Assembly (NCBI GenBank): GCA_002269645.1
Contig: NIVC01002876.1
Location: forward strand, 68,605 to 132,604
Length of the DNA: 64,000 nt
Direction of reading: 5' to 3'
From: Macrostomum lignano
Lineage: Eukaryota
The position numbers and the translations under genes were made by a program. Positions 38,601 to 50,439 of this stretch are shown in pieces. The first letter of the stretch is position 1; each line of letters opens with the position of its first letter. Below the pieces are notes generated by a model. That model saw only the letters and a program-made list of their open reading frames with translations, searched no databases and was not told the origin of the DNA.

Positions 38601-39269
38601 TGCGTCACTGAAATCTACTACAGTGAGTCACTAGTGCGTCACTGAAATCTACTATATTAAGTCACTAGTGTGTCACTGATGCATACAGTATTTTATGTGT
38701 TACTGTGTCACATCATGTGTCACTGATGCATACATAATTGATGTGTCACTGTGTGTCATAATGTGTCACTGTGTCATAATGTGTCACTAAAGTCTACTAT
38801 ATTGAGACACTCGTGTGTCACTGAAATCTACTATATTGAGTCACTAGTGTGTCACTGATGCATACAGTATTTGATGTGTCACTGTGTCTCATAATGTGTC
38901 ACTGAAGCCTAACTGTACTTTAGCCAGTTGCTGCGGCGGCATAAGCCGATGCCCTGCCAGACCCCAGCCGCTCACCTGATTGGCCACAGCATCATCCTCG
39001 GCCACATTGCCCAGCAGGGTTTTATAGTAACCAGGCCGCTCATTAAGCCTGCCCTGCGCCCCGGAGACCAGCATCCAGACATCGGAGCGCAATTCTCTCG
39101 GTATGCCTTTGCGAATGAATCGTTTCAGCTTGCCGCTGCGACTCTGCAGCTCGGACTGGTTGAGGCTCTGCCAGCGGCCAGACCGCCTGTCCAGCACAGA
39201 GGCGTAGTCGCCAACAAATTCATCGAAAGCTCGTCGTTCATCGTCGGTCAGTTCGAAGCCGTAATCCAT
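34225..39269 (-). CDS. GRTP1: Growth hormone-regulated TBC protein 1-like Rab-GAP (TBC1D6); exons 38976-39269, 37263-37670, 35125-35310, 34225-34305 (322 aa)
   Basis: MDYGFE...KLKRFIRKGIPRELRSDVWMLVSGAQ...PGYY|VRLDLHRTFPENVHF...NPAVGYCQGLNYV...EEKAFWLL...KWFICLYADVLPVE|TVYRIWDVLFFEGSKVLFRVAL...LHCHTFIP|QIFKVPQSLPMKKIEQLR. TBC catalytic R and Q fingers (DLHRT, YCQG) are present and all introns are phase 0. An additional upstream exon cannot be excluded. Confidence 0.9.
34370..34899 (-). mobile_element. Full-length tRNA-derived SINE with CORE-like central domain, interrupted by a MITE, in the last GRTP1 intron
   Basis: Minus strand reads ggttgtagcctagtggttagag...ggggttcgattcc (A/B boxes) then tgtgtccttgaacaagacacttaactctg...cagttcacccagctgtaaaatggg, which resembles the CORE consensus tgtgaccttgggcaagtcacttaacctctctg...ctgtaaaatggg. 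Confidence 0.8.
34439..34675. mobile_element. 237-bp hAT-type MITE nested in the SINE
   Basis: 8-bp TSD atctgaag at 34431-34438 and 34676-34683; imperfect TIR c[t/a]gggttt..tttttg; removing it restores the SINE sequence seen at 7550-7560. Confidence 0.8.
34905..35075. repeat. 24-bp minisatellite (gtcactgaaatcagttactagtgt)
   Basis: About 7 units; shares the cactgaaatc core with 38000-38900. Confidence 0.85.
35505..37135. repeat. About 1.6-kb mixed (ACTA)/(ACTG) tetranucleotide microsatellite in GRTP1 intron 2
   Basis: Direct. Confidence 0.97.
38000..38900. repeat. About 34-bp minisatellite (gagtcactagtgc[t/g]tcactgaaatctactatatt) in GRTP1 intron 1
   Basis: Direct, with composite higher-order units. 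Confidence 0.9.
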
Positions 39270-40330
39270 GTGCTCTGAGGTTGTTTTTAATGCTAATCTA
39301 TAAACTTCAATCTCGTGATATAAAATGCTTGATAGCTCGCCAATTGAAGTGTTTCATAACCTTGAAACTTCATAAAATTAATTAACATTTATTGGATTAG
39401 CCATCCACATTTGGGATAATATAAATACATACATACACAAATCTGTTTATAGTATTGTACATTTCCCCTCATTTTCTCAACAATGGTAATCAATTAGCAA
39501 CTTGAAGCTTCAAAATTATTTTATTCAAGGCTAGTAATACAAGACACATCCCAAAATCTCTTTGTAATTGGTTTTTAACTCTCAAGAATGTAAAGATATT
39601 GCATTGAAACCCTACACAAACCTGACTGCAAATTATTTCAGTGTATTTATAAAAATTTCAGATTAAAACATTGATCATTTTGAGTAAAATTGCATAATTT
39701 GTGTAGCTAAGTCATGTAGCTGCACATTGCCTTTTTGGTGTTCACAATCTGCAATAAGTGGTACCATGGTAAATGAATATTTCCTAGCATTCACCATTCA
39801 CTGAGACTTTTGGGATAACCCTTGTAATGTCTAAAGTCAATCAAAAAGCTAATATTCTTACTTTCTAGGTCTAACTGAATGGCTAAGACTATATAATTAA
39901 AAATTTATATAATTTTTAGATAAAAACAAGTAGTTCAGAATGAAATATAAAATAGATAAAAAAATAAATCAAAGTTTATCAATAGCTATTCAAAGTTTAC
40001 ACCTTAAAATATAATAAATATTATGTATCCATATAGGAATTAGAATAACTAATAACTAGTAACTAGTGGCACTAAATTAAATAAATATTTGTAAAAAAAG
40101 CCAGTTTGACTGACTCAATATAATAGATTTCAGTGACAAACATCTCTAGTTTCTCTTCTATTTTTTCATTGAGTTGATATTTTAGTCAGGCTTTAAAGCT
40201 CATAATAGTTATATCTATTATCTATGGAAAATCTTCTTTCTAGCTTTAATAAAGATAAAAAATCTTGTATCTTTCATACAACCCTCTTAAGCCACCATAG
40301 AGAAAAGTGACTTTTTGAAGTGTAATAGGC

Positions 40331-43300
40331 TAGAGGTCGGACGAGCAAAAATTTTTGGGTCGGGCGTGAGTAGTCGTGAATAATTTCAGCTTTGCCGTGA
40401 TCGTGATCGTGATCGTGATTGGTTCGTGAAAAATTAAAAGTAAAAAATTTCCGTTCAAATTTTGTTTTTTTTTCTTCAAATTTGAATTTTTCTATCAGTT
40501 AATGTGTTTGATTCTATTTTTAAGTGCTTCTATACCATCAGCTTATACCATCTGCATCTGCCCATCTGGCTTTCTTCTCTGGTTGAGAAGGAACTCAGAG
40601 TCTGGCTGAGAAGTAAGAAGTTCTTACTTCTTAGACATTTGTGTTGCTTTTTGGCTTTCTCAAAGCTCAAACTAAGCTGAAAGCTGTAACTATTTAGTAT
40701 TTTTATTTTTAAATTTTTAATTTAAAAGTAGTATTTGCTACTATTACTATTTTAGAATTTAGTATTAAATAAATAGTTAAAAAAAAATTTCATTTCATTT
40801 TGATCATGAATTTGCATATTTGAGTTTTTCTTTCTTCTTATTATTTTTATGCTATAATAATGTATAAATAGATTAGATACTATACAGATAGATAGTAGAT
40901 ACTAGAGCATAATTTTATAATCTGATTGTCTAATAGTTATTTAGTAATTATAATTTATAACTAATAATTTTTAATATATAAGCATAGTATTTTTTTACTA
41001 AAATAAATTGCTGTAAATTAAAAATTAAGGTTGACTAAGTCTAAGTACTAAGTAGCAAATATAGTATATACTTGATGGATATGCTAAATTAAATTGTTAT
41101 TTGCTATTGTTATTGTCATTTGTTAATAGTAATAATAATAGTCAAACACAAATATTAAATACTTTTTCTTCTTGAATTGAATTGAATAATGAATAATATT
41201 CAATATTCAATATAGTATTAACTATTATGTACTAGTACTATCATGTGGTACACTGGTATATTGAATATGTATGCCTGATTGCCTGATGCATAGTAGTATA
41301 TTTCTAATCTATATGGTTAGTCTAAAAATATTTTTTTCTAGCCTATTTGACTTTAAAGTCTGTAGTGACTTTACATTTACACTATACTGCTATACTATGC
41401 AATATTTTATTTAAAATATAAATAAATATTTTAATTTAAAATAATATAATACTTGTTTTTTCTTTGCTTTTCTACCTAGCAAATTAAAATAGGCAATTAC
41501 ACAATATTACATTACAATTTACAATTTACAAATCAAACAATTTCAGCCATTCATTTGCAATGGCCTCTGTTGATAAGCCAACCCAGCAACCTCGAGGAAG
41601 AGGCAGTGCTGTGTGGTTGTACTTTAAAGACGTTGAAGGAAAAGAGAATTCTGCTGCTTGCCTAGCTTGTAAGAAGGAGGTTCTACGAAACACAGGATCA
41701 ACAGGCAGCATGCGAAGACACATAGAATCCTGCCATCCAATTCAATTCAAAGAGCTCCTAAACACTGAGGCAGATCGTGCAAAGCCAAAATGTAAAGATG
41801 GACCACAACCATTGAAGCAGCAGAAGTTGAGCACAATGTTTGCTCAAGCAAATGCTCAAGAATGGTCGGATTCGCACCCTCGTTCGGTTGCAATTGATCG
41901 AAAAATTCTCCGCTTTATTGTGTTGGATTCACAGCCATTCTCTGTGGTAGAAGGTGAAGGCTTTCGCGATCTGTTGAAAGAAGCATGTCCGCAATATCGA
42001 TTGAAGAGCACTCGATTTTATCATGACAAGCTAGAGACTCTCTATGAAGAAATTAAATTGCAGGTCCAGGACGAAATAGACAGACTGCGAGATTTCGGTT
42101 TCACGTGTGACTTGTGGAGTGACGGCCAGTTGGCACTCATGTCCTTCACAATCCATTCTATCACGCCAGATTTTGAGCGTAAGCAGCTTTTACTGTGCGT
42201 AAAGCCATTCACTGATGCCCATACTGGGCTTAACATCTCGGCCGTTTTTTCGACAACCCTTGGTGAGTGGGGCATTGGCTTAGAGCAAGTCAGCCTCCTC
42301 CTGCGTGATGGGGCCAGCAACATGAAGCTTGCAGGAGAACTTCTGAAAGTACCATCTGCCCATTGTGCTGCCCACAAGCTGAACCTTGTTGTTAAGGATT
42401 CCATCTCCGGTCATCGAGGACTGAAGACAATACTTGACAAAGCACGGAGCATTGTTGGCCACTTCCACCACTCTGTAACCGCTCAAGCAAACCTCAAAAC
42501 ACTGCAGCTCCAGCTGAAGCTACCAACACACAGCCTCGTGCAAGATGTAGACACACGCTGGAATTCAACACTAGCCATGTTACGCCGAATCAACGAGCAA
42601 GAGGAAGCGTTTAGTGTCTATCGCACCAGACACCGACCAATTGAAATCCTGACGGACAATGAGTCAGATGTTTCAAAGAAAGCTGTCAAACTTCTTGAGA
42701 TTTTTGAGGTTTTTACGCTAGAAGTCAGCAGGGAAACTGCCAGCATCTCGTGTATCTTGCCGATGGTGAAAGTGTCGCTGGAGCATCTGCAGCAGGTAGA
42801 CTGCTTTGGCATCACGTACCTTCGAGACGACCTGGTGAAAGGGTTGACTCAACGCTTCTCTGACGAAAAAAAGAGTCACCACCACATTGTTGCTACGATG
42901 TTAGACCCACGCTTCCGGCTAGATTTTTTCGATGAAGAGCAGCGCAACTTTGCTAAGGCTGAGCTCGTAAAAGCAATGAATGAAATTTTGCGTGAAACTT
43001 CTCTTCCTACTGTTGATGGCGATACAGCCATAGACGAGGACCTCTCCGATGTATCTATCGAAACTGAGCCGTGAGTATTTCCTCTATTTCATAATTCAAT
43101 GTACATGTACATGTAACAAAAAATTAAATTATAAATTACATTTGCTACATCTGTAAGTTATAAATTTTATAACTAATATATCAAAGTTCTCTTTGTTTTA
43201 ACTTTTAACTTTTAATTTCACCTTTTTAGACAAACTGAGTCTCAGCCTCAGCAGCTATCTATGTCAGCCCTGTTCGAGAAGTCTTCTACTTCTAGTGCTG

Positions 43301-44549
43301 CAGCTGCAACTCTGCGTGACCTGTCTAGGGCCGGAACGCTACTGCCAGTTTCAAACAGAGGCAATGCTATGGACAAGTTGGCTCGTGAAATGGCAGCCTA
43401 CCTATCAGAGCCTCGACTTCCATTTGAGGAAGACCCAATGAAGTTCTGGAGAGACAAGACTCCATCAACTGCAATGTCAGCACTTGTTCGGAAATTTCTG
43501 GGACCACCACCTACCAGTGTTCCAAGTGAGCGTATCTTCAGCAACGTTGGAAACATCTACGAGCCGAAACGACGTCGCCTGCTTGGCGAAACCGTTGAAA
43601 AGCTTGTTTTTATTAACTATAATGTTCGGAAGTTTGACCCATAGAGAAATGAGCAGGGTCCATTCAATTCATTGCTGTTATTGCTGATTAGTGATTAGTT
43701 TTACTTTTTTGAAGATTGAGATCAGAGAGACAAGATAATGATAGAGAAAATAAATAATCAAAGACTATAGAACAAGTAGAGTTGGAGCTACAAGAAAAAG
43801 TTTATCGATAAGGAATAGATAACTGTTGCTATAGTGTGTAGCTGTGTACTCTGTAGTCTGTAGACTCTGTAGTATGATTTTTTGCATGTAGCTAGTATAG
43901 TATAGATTAGACTTAAATTAGTCATTGTAATAACACTATATGTGTAGAACGTAAAAGTAAAGTAGTAAACCTACATGTACTCTTTTATACTTCATATTCA
44001 TACACTGATAAGCTTTTCTGTTTTTCACTTTTCACTGTTTTCAGTTCTGTAGGCAGCTAAGCAAGTTAACAAACACTTGTCTGTACATGTCATGTACTAT
44101 CATGTAGTGAAATTTATATACAGTCATACATATATACAATTTATATTTTCATTCAGTGCTTTTCAGTTTTAATTTTACATTTTACAAAATAAACAAAAGA
44201 TTGAAAAGAATAAGGCAGTAAGCTTTGAACTTCGAAAATCCACTTTAACTTCGAACTTTCTGAACTAAGTAAAGTAAACTGAAAACTCTATTCTGTAAGT
44301 TTTGTGTTAAAACACATTCGTTGTATTTGAAAAGAAAAACAAAAACCAAGTAAGTCTACATTTAGGACTGTACACGATTGTGGTTTGGGGAACTGAAAAG
44401 TATAAACATAGTAACATCTGAAGCTGAAAGAAACCCACAATCACGATCACGCACGTGAAAAATGTTTCACGACTCGTGAATTCACGACACTGAAAAAGGT
44501 CGTGAATTCACGATATCGTGATCACGATCGTGATCACGTCCTACCCCTA
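40331..44549 (+). mobile_element. Full-length hAT DNA transposon (4219 bp)
   Basis: 8-bp TSD taataggc (40323-40330, 44550-44557); imperfect TIR TAG[A/G]GGT[C/A]GGACG; dense subterminal CGTGA/TCACG repeats at both ends; internal transposase gene. Confidence 0.93.
41560..43644 (+). CDS. hAT transposase (BED finger, DDE/RNase H core, hATC dimerisation domain); exons 41560-43070 and 43230-43644 (641 aa)
   Basis: AVWLYF..C..C...H.ESCH BED finger; FTCDLWS, LLRDGASNM, HCAAHKLNL, DVDTRWNST, TMLDPRF, FWRDK, PPTSVPSERIFS. The phase-2 GT-AG intron joins the two track ORFs in frame with no stops. Confidence 0.92.
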
Positions 44550-45159
44550 TAATAGGCCTATCATTGTGGAAATAACCATTAAGAAGTGGGCTAATATCTT
44601 ATTCTGGGCTAATAGATGACTCTTTGTTTAGATGCTTTATAAATATATCCCTTAGTTAAAAACATAGTATATTGAATGCTCTAAATGATGATAGTTGCAT
44701 GATCCTTTGGCAACTTTTAAAACTCTTTGGAGATATCTATGAAGAGCATTTATATTGCATCATTGCTGATCATGTCAATATGACATAAGTTGTTGCTTGA
44801 TAGATCATGGGTTTCTAAACTTTTAATATTGGCCTAGTTGCGAGAGAGAATTTATATTTGCAACTAATTTCTAAATGCTTATTGAAATAAGCCCATAAGC
44901 CCACAAGGACCAAGCAACAAAGTAACATATGAAAGGCATATAATAAAGCTCTACCTATCAAGGCTAAGACTATAATTTGCTAAGAAGCATATGACAATAG
45001 TCTTTTGGGACAAAAAAGGCATCTTGCTAATTAAATGGCTACTAAAAAGAAAAATTACCAATTTTGGCCTAATATTACTATGAAATCAGAGAATGGCTAC
45101 ATGAAAAGATCAAGAATTAGAGTTATTGCTATATAATGATTACCAAGGGCATAGTGCTA

Positions 45160-45310
45160 CAATGTATAGTAATAACAATTCTAAGCTACATATTGATACT
45201 TGCAATGAAGCTCTAGACAATATCAAGAGACTAGGCTTTGACCTTCTGTCTCACCTTGCCTATTTTCCTGATTTGCCCCTTAGTGAATATTAGTTATTAC
45301 TTTACTTAAA
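45160..45310 (+). pseudogene. Highly decayed mariner transposase relic
   Basis: Translates as NNNSKLHI...RLGFDLLSHLAYFPDLPLSEY*LL, a decayed form of mariner HDNARPH...LGWELLPHPPYSPDLAPSDY. Confidence 0.55.
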
Positions 45311-45402
45311 ATGAAAAAGATACATTGTAGTCATCATTATAGAAGACTTTTAAATCTTGGCTTTGCTAGGGGCCTACCAACCAGTGGTTGCAAAGTAGGC
45401 TA

Positions 45403-45925
45403 GCTATCCTATAGAATTGTTTGTTAAACTTACTATATGCACTTTTTAAGCTATTTATATGAAACTTTCTAAAAATGAATATTTTTATTATGCCAACATT
45501 TAAGAAGTGTTTTGGTATTAAAATATTTGTTAGTTCAAGGGCTAGACAAACCTCTTGGTAGCACAATCTAGGTCATTTGCTAGCCATTTTCAAGTGGAAA
45601 GCACTTTATATAAAATATTTGCATTGCAGCTTAGCAGCAAAATTTCAAACCCAAAACCTCTCTCTTTTTATGCCAGACACATTTTTGCCAGTGACATTAG
45701 CATATACATTCAAAATTGCATACTCATTAATAGTTAGTTGTTAAAATTGAAAAAAACCTAGAAATTGCAATAAAGTTAGGTTGCAACCCTCTATGATGGA
45801 ATTTAAATGCCAAAATACTTCTTAAATGTTGGCATAATAAAAATATTCATTTTTGGAAAGTTCCATGTCAATAGCTAAAAAATGTGTACATAATGAATTT
45901 AATAAACAATTCTGCACAGGATAGC
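45403..45925. mobile_element. Old fold-back/MITE with about 125-bp diverged terminal inverted repeats
   Basis: 45403-45525 (gctatcct..gaatatttttattatgccaacatttaagaagt..) is the reverse complement of about 45805-45925. Confidence 0.75.
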
Positions 45926-47699
45926 CCATAGGCCTATCTTCAAATAATTCTTTGCTCAAAGCATCAGCAAGCTACCAGAAATATGGCACAAATGTGTTCA
46001 GCCCTGGGGAAACTATGTTGTGAAGTGTGACTATGAGTATAACATTGATTATTTATTATTGTTTTTACTTGTTTAGAAAAATGGGGAGGTGTCGCTCGCT
46101 TAGCTAGGCCTAGGGCCTAATGCTTATGTGCTAAGCTATATAATTTGAGGGACCAATTTGCTGGCCCCTATTGCCATTTTTCTATGTGGCCACTCTATAT
46201 TATGTAGCAATTGTCATTGAAAGCATTTGGCATTGTTGTATCTGCACCCGACCCAATTGCTTGTACCACTATCCACTAGGCCCTACCTGAAATAGATTTG
46301 CTAGAACTGCCTTGCCAGGCATATTATAATTATAACAATACTATACACTGAAACTAGTGGACTATGCACTATACTAACAATAAACAGACTCCTGATATAG
46401 TACAGGTGATAGACTAAGCCTAGCCTAGGTAGTTACTGTAGGCGTAGAGTCGTAGACCCGCGTAGTTTTAACTAAAATTAAAAACTGACTTGTTTAAATT
46501 GCATAGGATTCTAAGTTCGAAGCTCTATATAGGGTTTAGTATAATTTATAGTACATTTTATAATGATTTCACATAGTGCTAAACTGCTAATGCTTTACAT
46601 GCATTTATTTCAAAGTGTTACTTTAAAGTTAAATTCTTAATGAATCTTGTAAAATTAAATTAGATTGTCGCAATTATTTCATTCGGTCGCCAAAAACACA
46701 CGAGGTAGAACAATTAATATCCATGAATAGAAAGTTTTCAAAGCTTTGTTGGTCATATAAATGACTAAGTCTTTTTATTTGACCAAATATAGTTTAACTT
46801 TACATCATCGCGCTTCTCTTTGTTATAACGGGTCACTTGTAAATAAAAAAATTTCCATTTTGAAACCTATATTCTTTTGCTGTTCGAGCCTAATTCCACG
46901 GGTGCATTTGTCCTGCGGTTTACTATGACTATGAGAGAGATCCGATCTAAATAAAATTAAAGTGTGGACATAAGCTAACGCTTGTTTACTTTTTATAGTT
47001 TTAATTTTTTCTTTAATATTATTGAAATTTGGACTTTTTGTGCATAGTTATCGTACACATGTACTCATATACAACTATTTTCTGTTTTCGGTAACAGCAA
47101 ATAGATCCAGCTAATTAATAATTGCAACTTTTCAGTTTTCGGTAACAGCAAATAGATTCAGCTAATTCATAATTAAAACTCATTCCAGTTTAGTTGCCTA
47201 TTCTACCAATTTAAAATTCCGAAATTTTGAATAGTCTGAAAAGGCCCACTTTTCAATGATGTGCTTTATATGCTGTAAAATGGGAAATTAATACTATTGG
47301 GCTAAAAGCAATAAAGAAATAGACATTTATAGTATCATGCATAAAATCTGCAATTTATTTGAAAGTCACAGCTCTCTCTATTTCACTAATATTCATCAAC
47401 CTATATTGTAATCCAAGCTGATAAATTAAATTTCAGTTTATTTCAATCTGATAAAGCATGTAGCATAAATTTCAATATGGTTAATAGTTGTTTCATTTTC
47501 CTTTCATTTTATTGTCTCAAACATTTTTTTTTACTATTAGCTAAGTAAAGACAATTTTTTACTGGTAGATAGTGTAATAAGAACAAACAGGGTACATTTT
47601 TACAAGATAAAAACTTAGGTTAGAGCTTGAATTTCTAACTCGTGATTTTCAGCACCTGCGTACAAATTAGAATTAATGACTTTCTGTTTCAGATCAGCC

Positions 47700-49454
47700 A
47701 TGGGCATTGGCGTCATGGTGTGGAGCTTGCTAACTAAATTTCTTTTCTGTGAAATCCTCGGCTTAGTAGCGCTATTTATGCTGCCATTTATTGAGTCCCA
47801 GCGTTGTAAAAGTCTGCTCGAATCGAGATTTTTTTCTGCATTGGACCAACGACGAGATGTCACGTTCATTTGCCTCTTTGTGCCACTGTCTGCCCTCACC
47901 GTTCATTCCACTTGGCAGCTTGTCAGATACCCACTGCCCGCTGCCGATGCGGCCAAACTGACGGATCTGCTTGCTTTGCAAAGTGACACATTCATAGTTG
48001 GTTCTGTCACGCTGCTCTGGCTTGTAATTTGGTGTACTGCTCGCCTTATCTCTAGGTATTGTTATGATCGGAATTCCAGCAGTTAAATTTAAACCATTAC
48101 TTACAAGACTCCATTATGGGCAAGCACGGTATAGACTACTTAGTTTATAGTAGCATAAAGAGTAGCATAAATTTGTTTAGTTATCTTGCCAATGCATGCT
48201 CGATATCCTACTGTAGCTGAAACATCGGCGACCCAGATAACAAAACAGAGAAGAGCACTAAGACCCATCTTAAGTCCAAGAATACCCATCTCAAGTCCAA
48301 GAATACCCATCTCAAGTCCAAGAATACATACCTGAAGTTCGAGAATCCCAATCTCAAGTCCAAGAGTGCCCCCTCAAGTCCAAGAATACCCACCTGAAGT
48401 TCGAGAATCCCAATCTCAAGTCCAAGAATACCCACCTCAACTCCAAGAATACCCACCTCAACTCCAAGAATACCCACCTCAGGTCCAAGAATGCCCACCT
48501 CAAATCCAAGAATACATACCTGAAGTTCGAGAATCCCAATCTCAAGTCCAAGAGTGCCCCCTCAAGTCCAAGAATACCCACCTGAAGTTCGAGAATCCCA
48601 ATCTCAAGTCCAAGAATGCACCCCTCAAGTCCAAGAATACCCACCTGAAGTTCGAGAATCCCAATCTCAAGTCCAAGAATGCACCCCTCAAGTCCAAGAA
48701 TACCCACCTGAAGTTCGAGAATCCCAGTCTCAAGTCCAAGAGTTCGAGAATCCCAGTCTCAAGTCCAAGAATGCCCACCTCAGGTCCAAGAATTCCCACC
48801 TCAAATCCAATAATACATACCTAAAGTTCGAGAATCCCAATCTCAAGTCCAAGAATACCCACCTCAAGTCCGAGAATCTCAATCTCAAGTCCAAGAATAC
48901 CCACCTGAAGTCCGAGAATCTCAATCTCAAGTCCAAGAATACCCACCTCAAGTCCGAGAATCCCAGTCTCAAGTCCAAGAGTACTCATCTCAGCTCTAAG
49001 AATCCCTCATCTGACCAAAAGTCAATCCCCATCGCACAGGCTCGGCACCTTGGAATCCGAGCTGACTACAGCGCGTCAAAGGCTGGCTGATGGTGCCGCA
49101 GCTGTGGCCATCGCCACTGCGGCCGCCGCGGCTGCCAGTCCTACTGGAAATTCATCGTCTAGCGGAGCTCCCCGACGTGCAGCAGCGGACGCAGCGGGCG
49201 AGTCGAGCCGTCGCCACAGCATGGCGGTGGTGGTGGAGGCCGCGGTGGAGGCGGAGCGGACTCGGCGAGAGCTGGCGGACACTCGTGTCGCCCTGGAACG
49301 GGCCCTGGAGCGGCTGCATCGCGCCGAGCTCGACTTGTCGGCGATGCGTCGTCAGGCTGAAAGCACGAGCCGGGCGTTCGACGAACTGCTGGAGGAGCAC
49401 AACCGGCTGCAGATGGCGGTGGCCGGCGGCCAGCAAAGAAAGAAAGACACCTGA
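47700..49454 (+). CDS. Divergent BAP31/BAP29-family ER membrane protein; exons 47700-48055 and 49040-49454 (256 aa)
   Basis: The N-terminus VWSLLTKFLFCEILGLVALFMLPFIESQRCKSLLESRFF aligns with BAP31 WTAVATFLYAEVFVVLLLCIPFISPKRWQKIFKSRL. It has three hydrophobic segments, a C-terminal coiled coil LSAMRRQAESTSRAFDELLEEHNRLQ (BAP31 VLAMRKQSEGLTKEYDRLLEEHAKLQ) and a KKxx ER-retrieval end (KKDT). Phase-2 GT-AG intron. Confidence 0.8.
48262..49010. repeat. 21-bp-based composite minisatellite (ctcaagtccaagaatacccac + gaagttcgagaatcccaat) in the BAP31-like intron
   Basis: Direct. Confidence 0.92.
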
Positions 49455-49469
49455 GTGCGCTGTACTCAG

Positions 49470-49810
49470 CAACTCAAATCCCCTTGGCTGTCAATCAGCA
49501 ACTCAAATCCCCCTTGGCTGTCAATCAGCAACTCAAATCCCCCTTGGCTGTCAATCAGCAACTCAAATCCCCTTGGCTGTCAATCAGCGACTCAAATCCC
49601 CCTTGGCTGTCAATCAGCAACTCAAATCCCCCTTGGCTGTCAATCAGCAACTCAAATCCCCTTGGCTGTACTCAGCAACTCAAATCACCTTGGCTGTCAA
49701 TCAGCAACTCAGATCCCTTTGGCTGTCAATCAGCAACTCAAATCCCCTTTGGCTGTCAATCAGCAACTCAAATCCCCTTTGCTGTCAATCGCTTAACAAC
49801 TCAAATTCCT
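49470..49810. repeat. 29/30-bp minisatellite (actcaaatcccc(c)ttggctgtcaatcagca) starting right after the BAP31-like stop codon
   Basis: Direct. Confidence 0.92.
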
Positions 49811-50439
49811 TGGCTTTCAATTGCCGTCTAGAAGCACACCAGGAACCAAGTTATGGTTCAAAAAAGTTCTGTCAATTTCAACGAAAAAAAACAAATCCCT
49901 TTTGCCTTTGAATAAATTTCCTACAGTATACCAAAAATATCCCAAATTCAGGAACGAACTTTCACGGCCAGAGCCATTAATGCAAATATTATAAGACCTG
50001 CGATTTGGCTTTGTTACTCGTATAATCACATAATTGCACTGCTTACTTTTGTACTGGAACTCCGTTCCCTATAAAAAGGACACGCGCACTTATCAATTAA
50101 AATGCAAATAACAGGCATTCCTGCATCTTTATGGCAGCTTCATCCGTGTTTTTACTCGTAACTAGCTAGAATGTATAGACAGCATCATTGCTAGCGTAGC
50201 TTGACTTTGCTAGAAGCCTTCAATTGGAGTGGAATTATCAGATAGTTAGCTAGTCAATGCTTCTGTATGAGAACTGTACAATAAATTCTGCCAGTTTGAT
50301 TAACTTCTTAACATTTTCAAATTTATTTTCCCAGTTGGCATTCCTAGTATGTTTCTTTATACATTAACGTATGCAGTGGCGTGAGCTGGAGGTTTAGTTG
50401 GAGGGTTGCAAATAAAATGGGCACCGGAAAGGGAGGGTG

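Noticed and set aside
48208-49090. Collagen-like or leucine-rich-repeat-like ORFs (GILGLE..., PQVQEY...) and similar repeat ORFs at 27281-27680, 29862-30748, 31943-32343, 50344-51317 and 54975-55406
   Set aside because: All derive from intronic or intergenic minisatellites.
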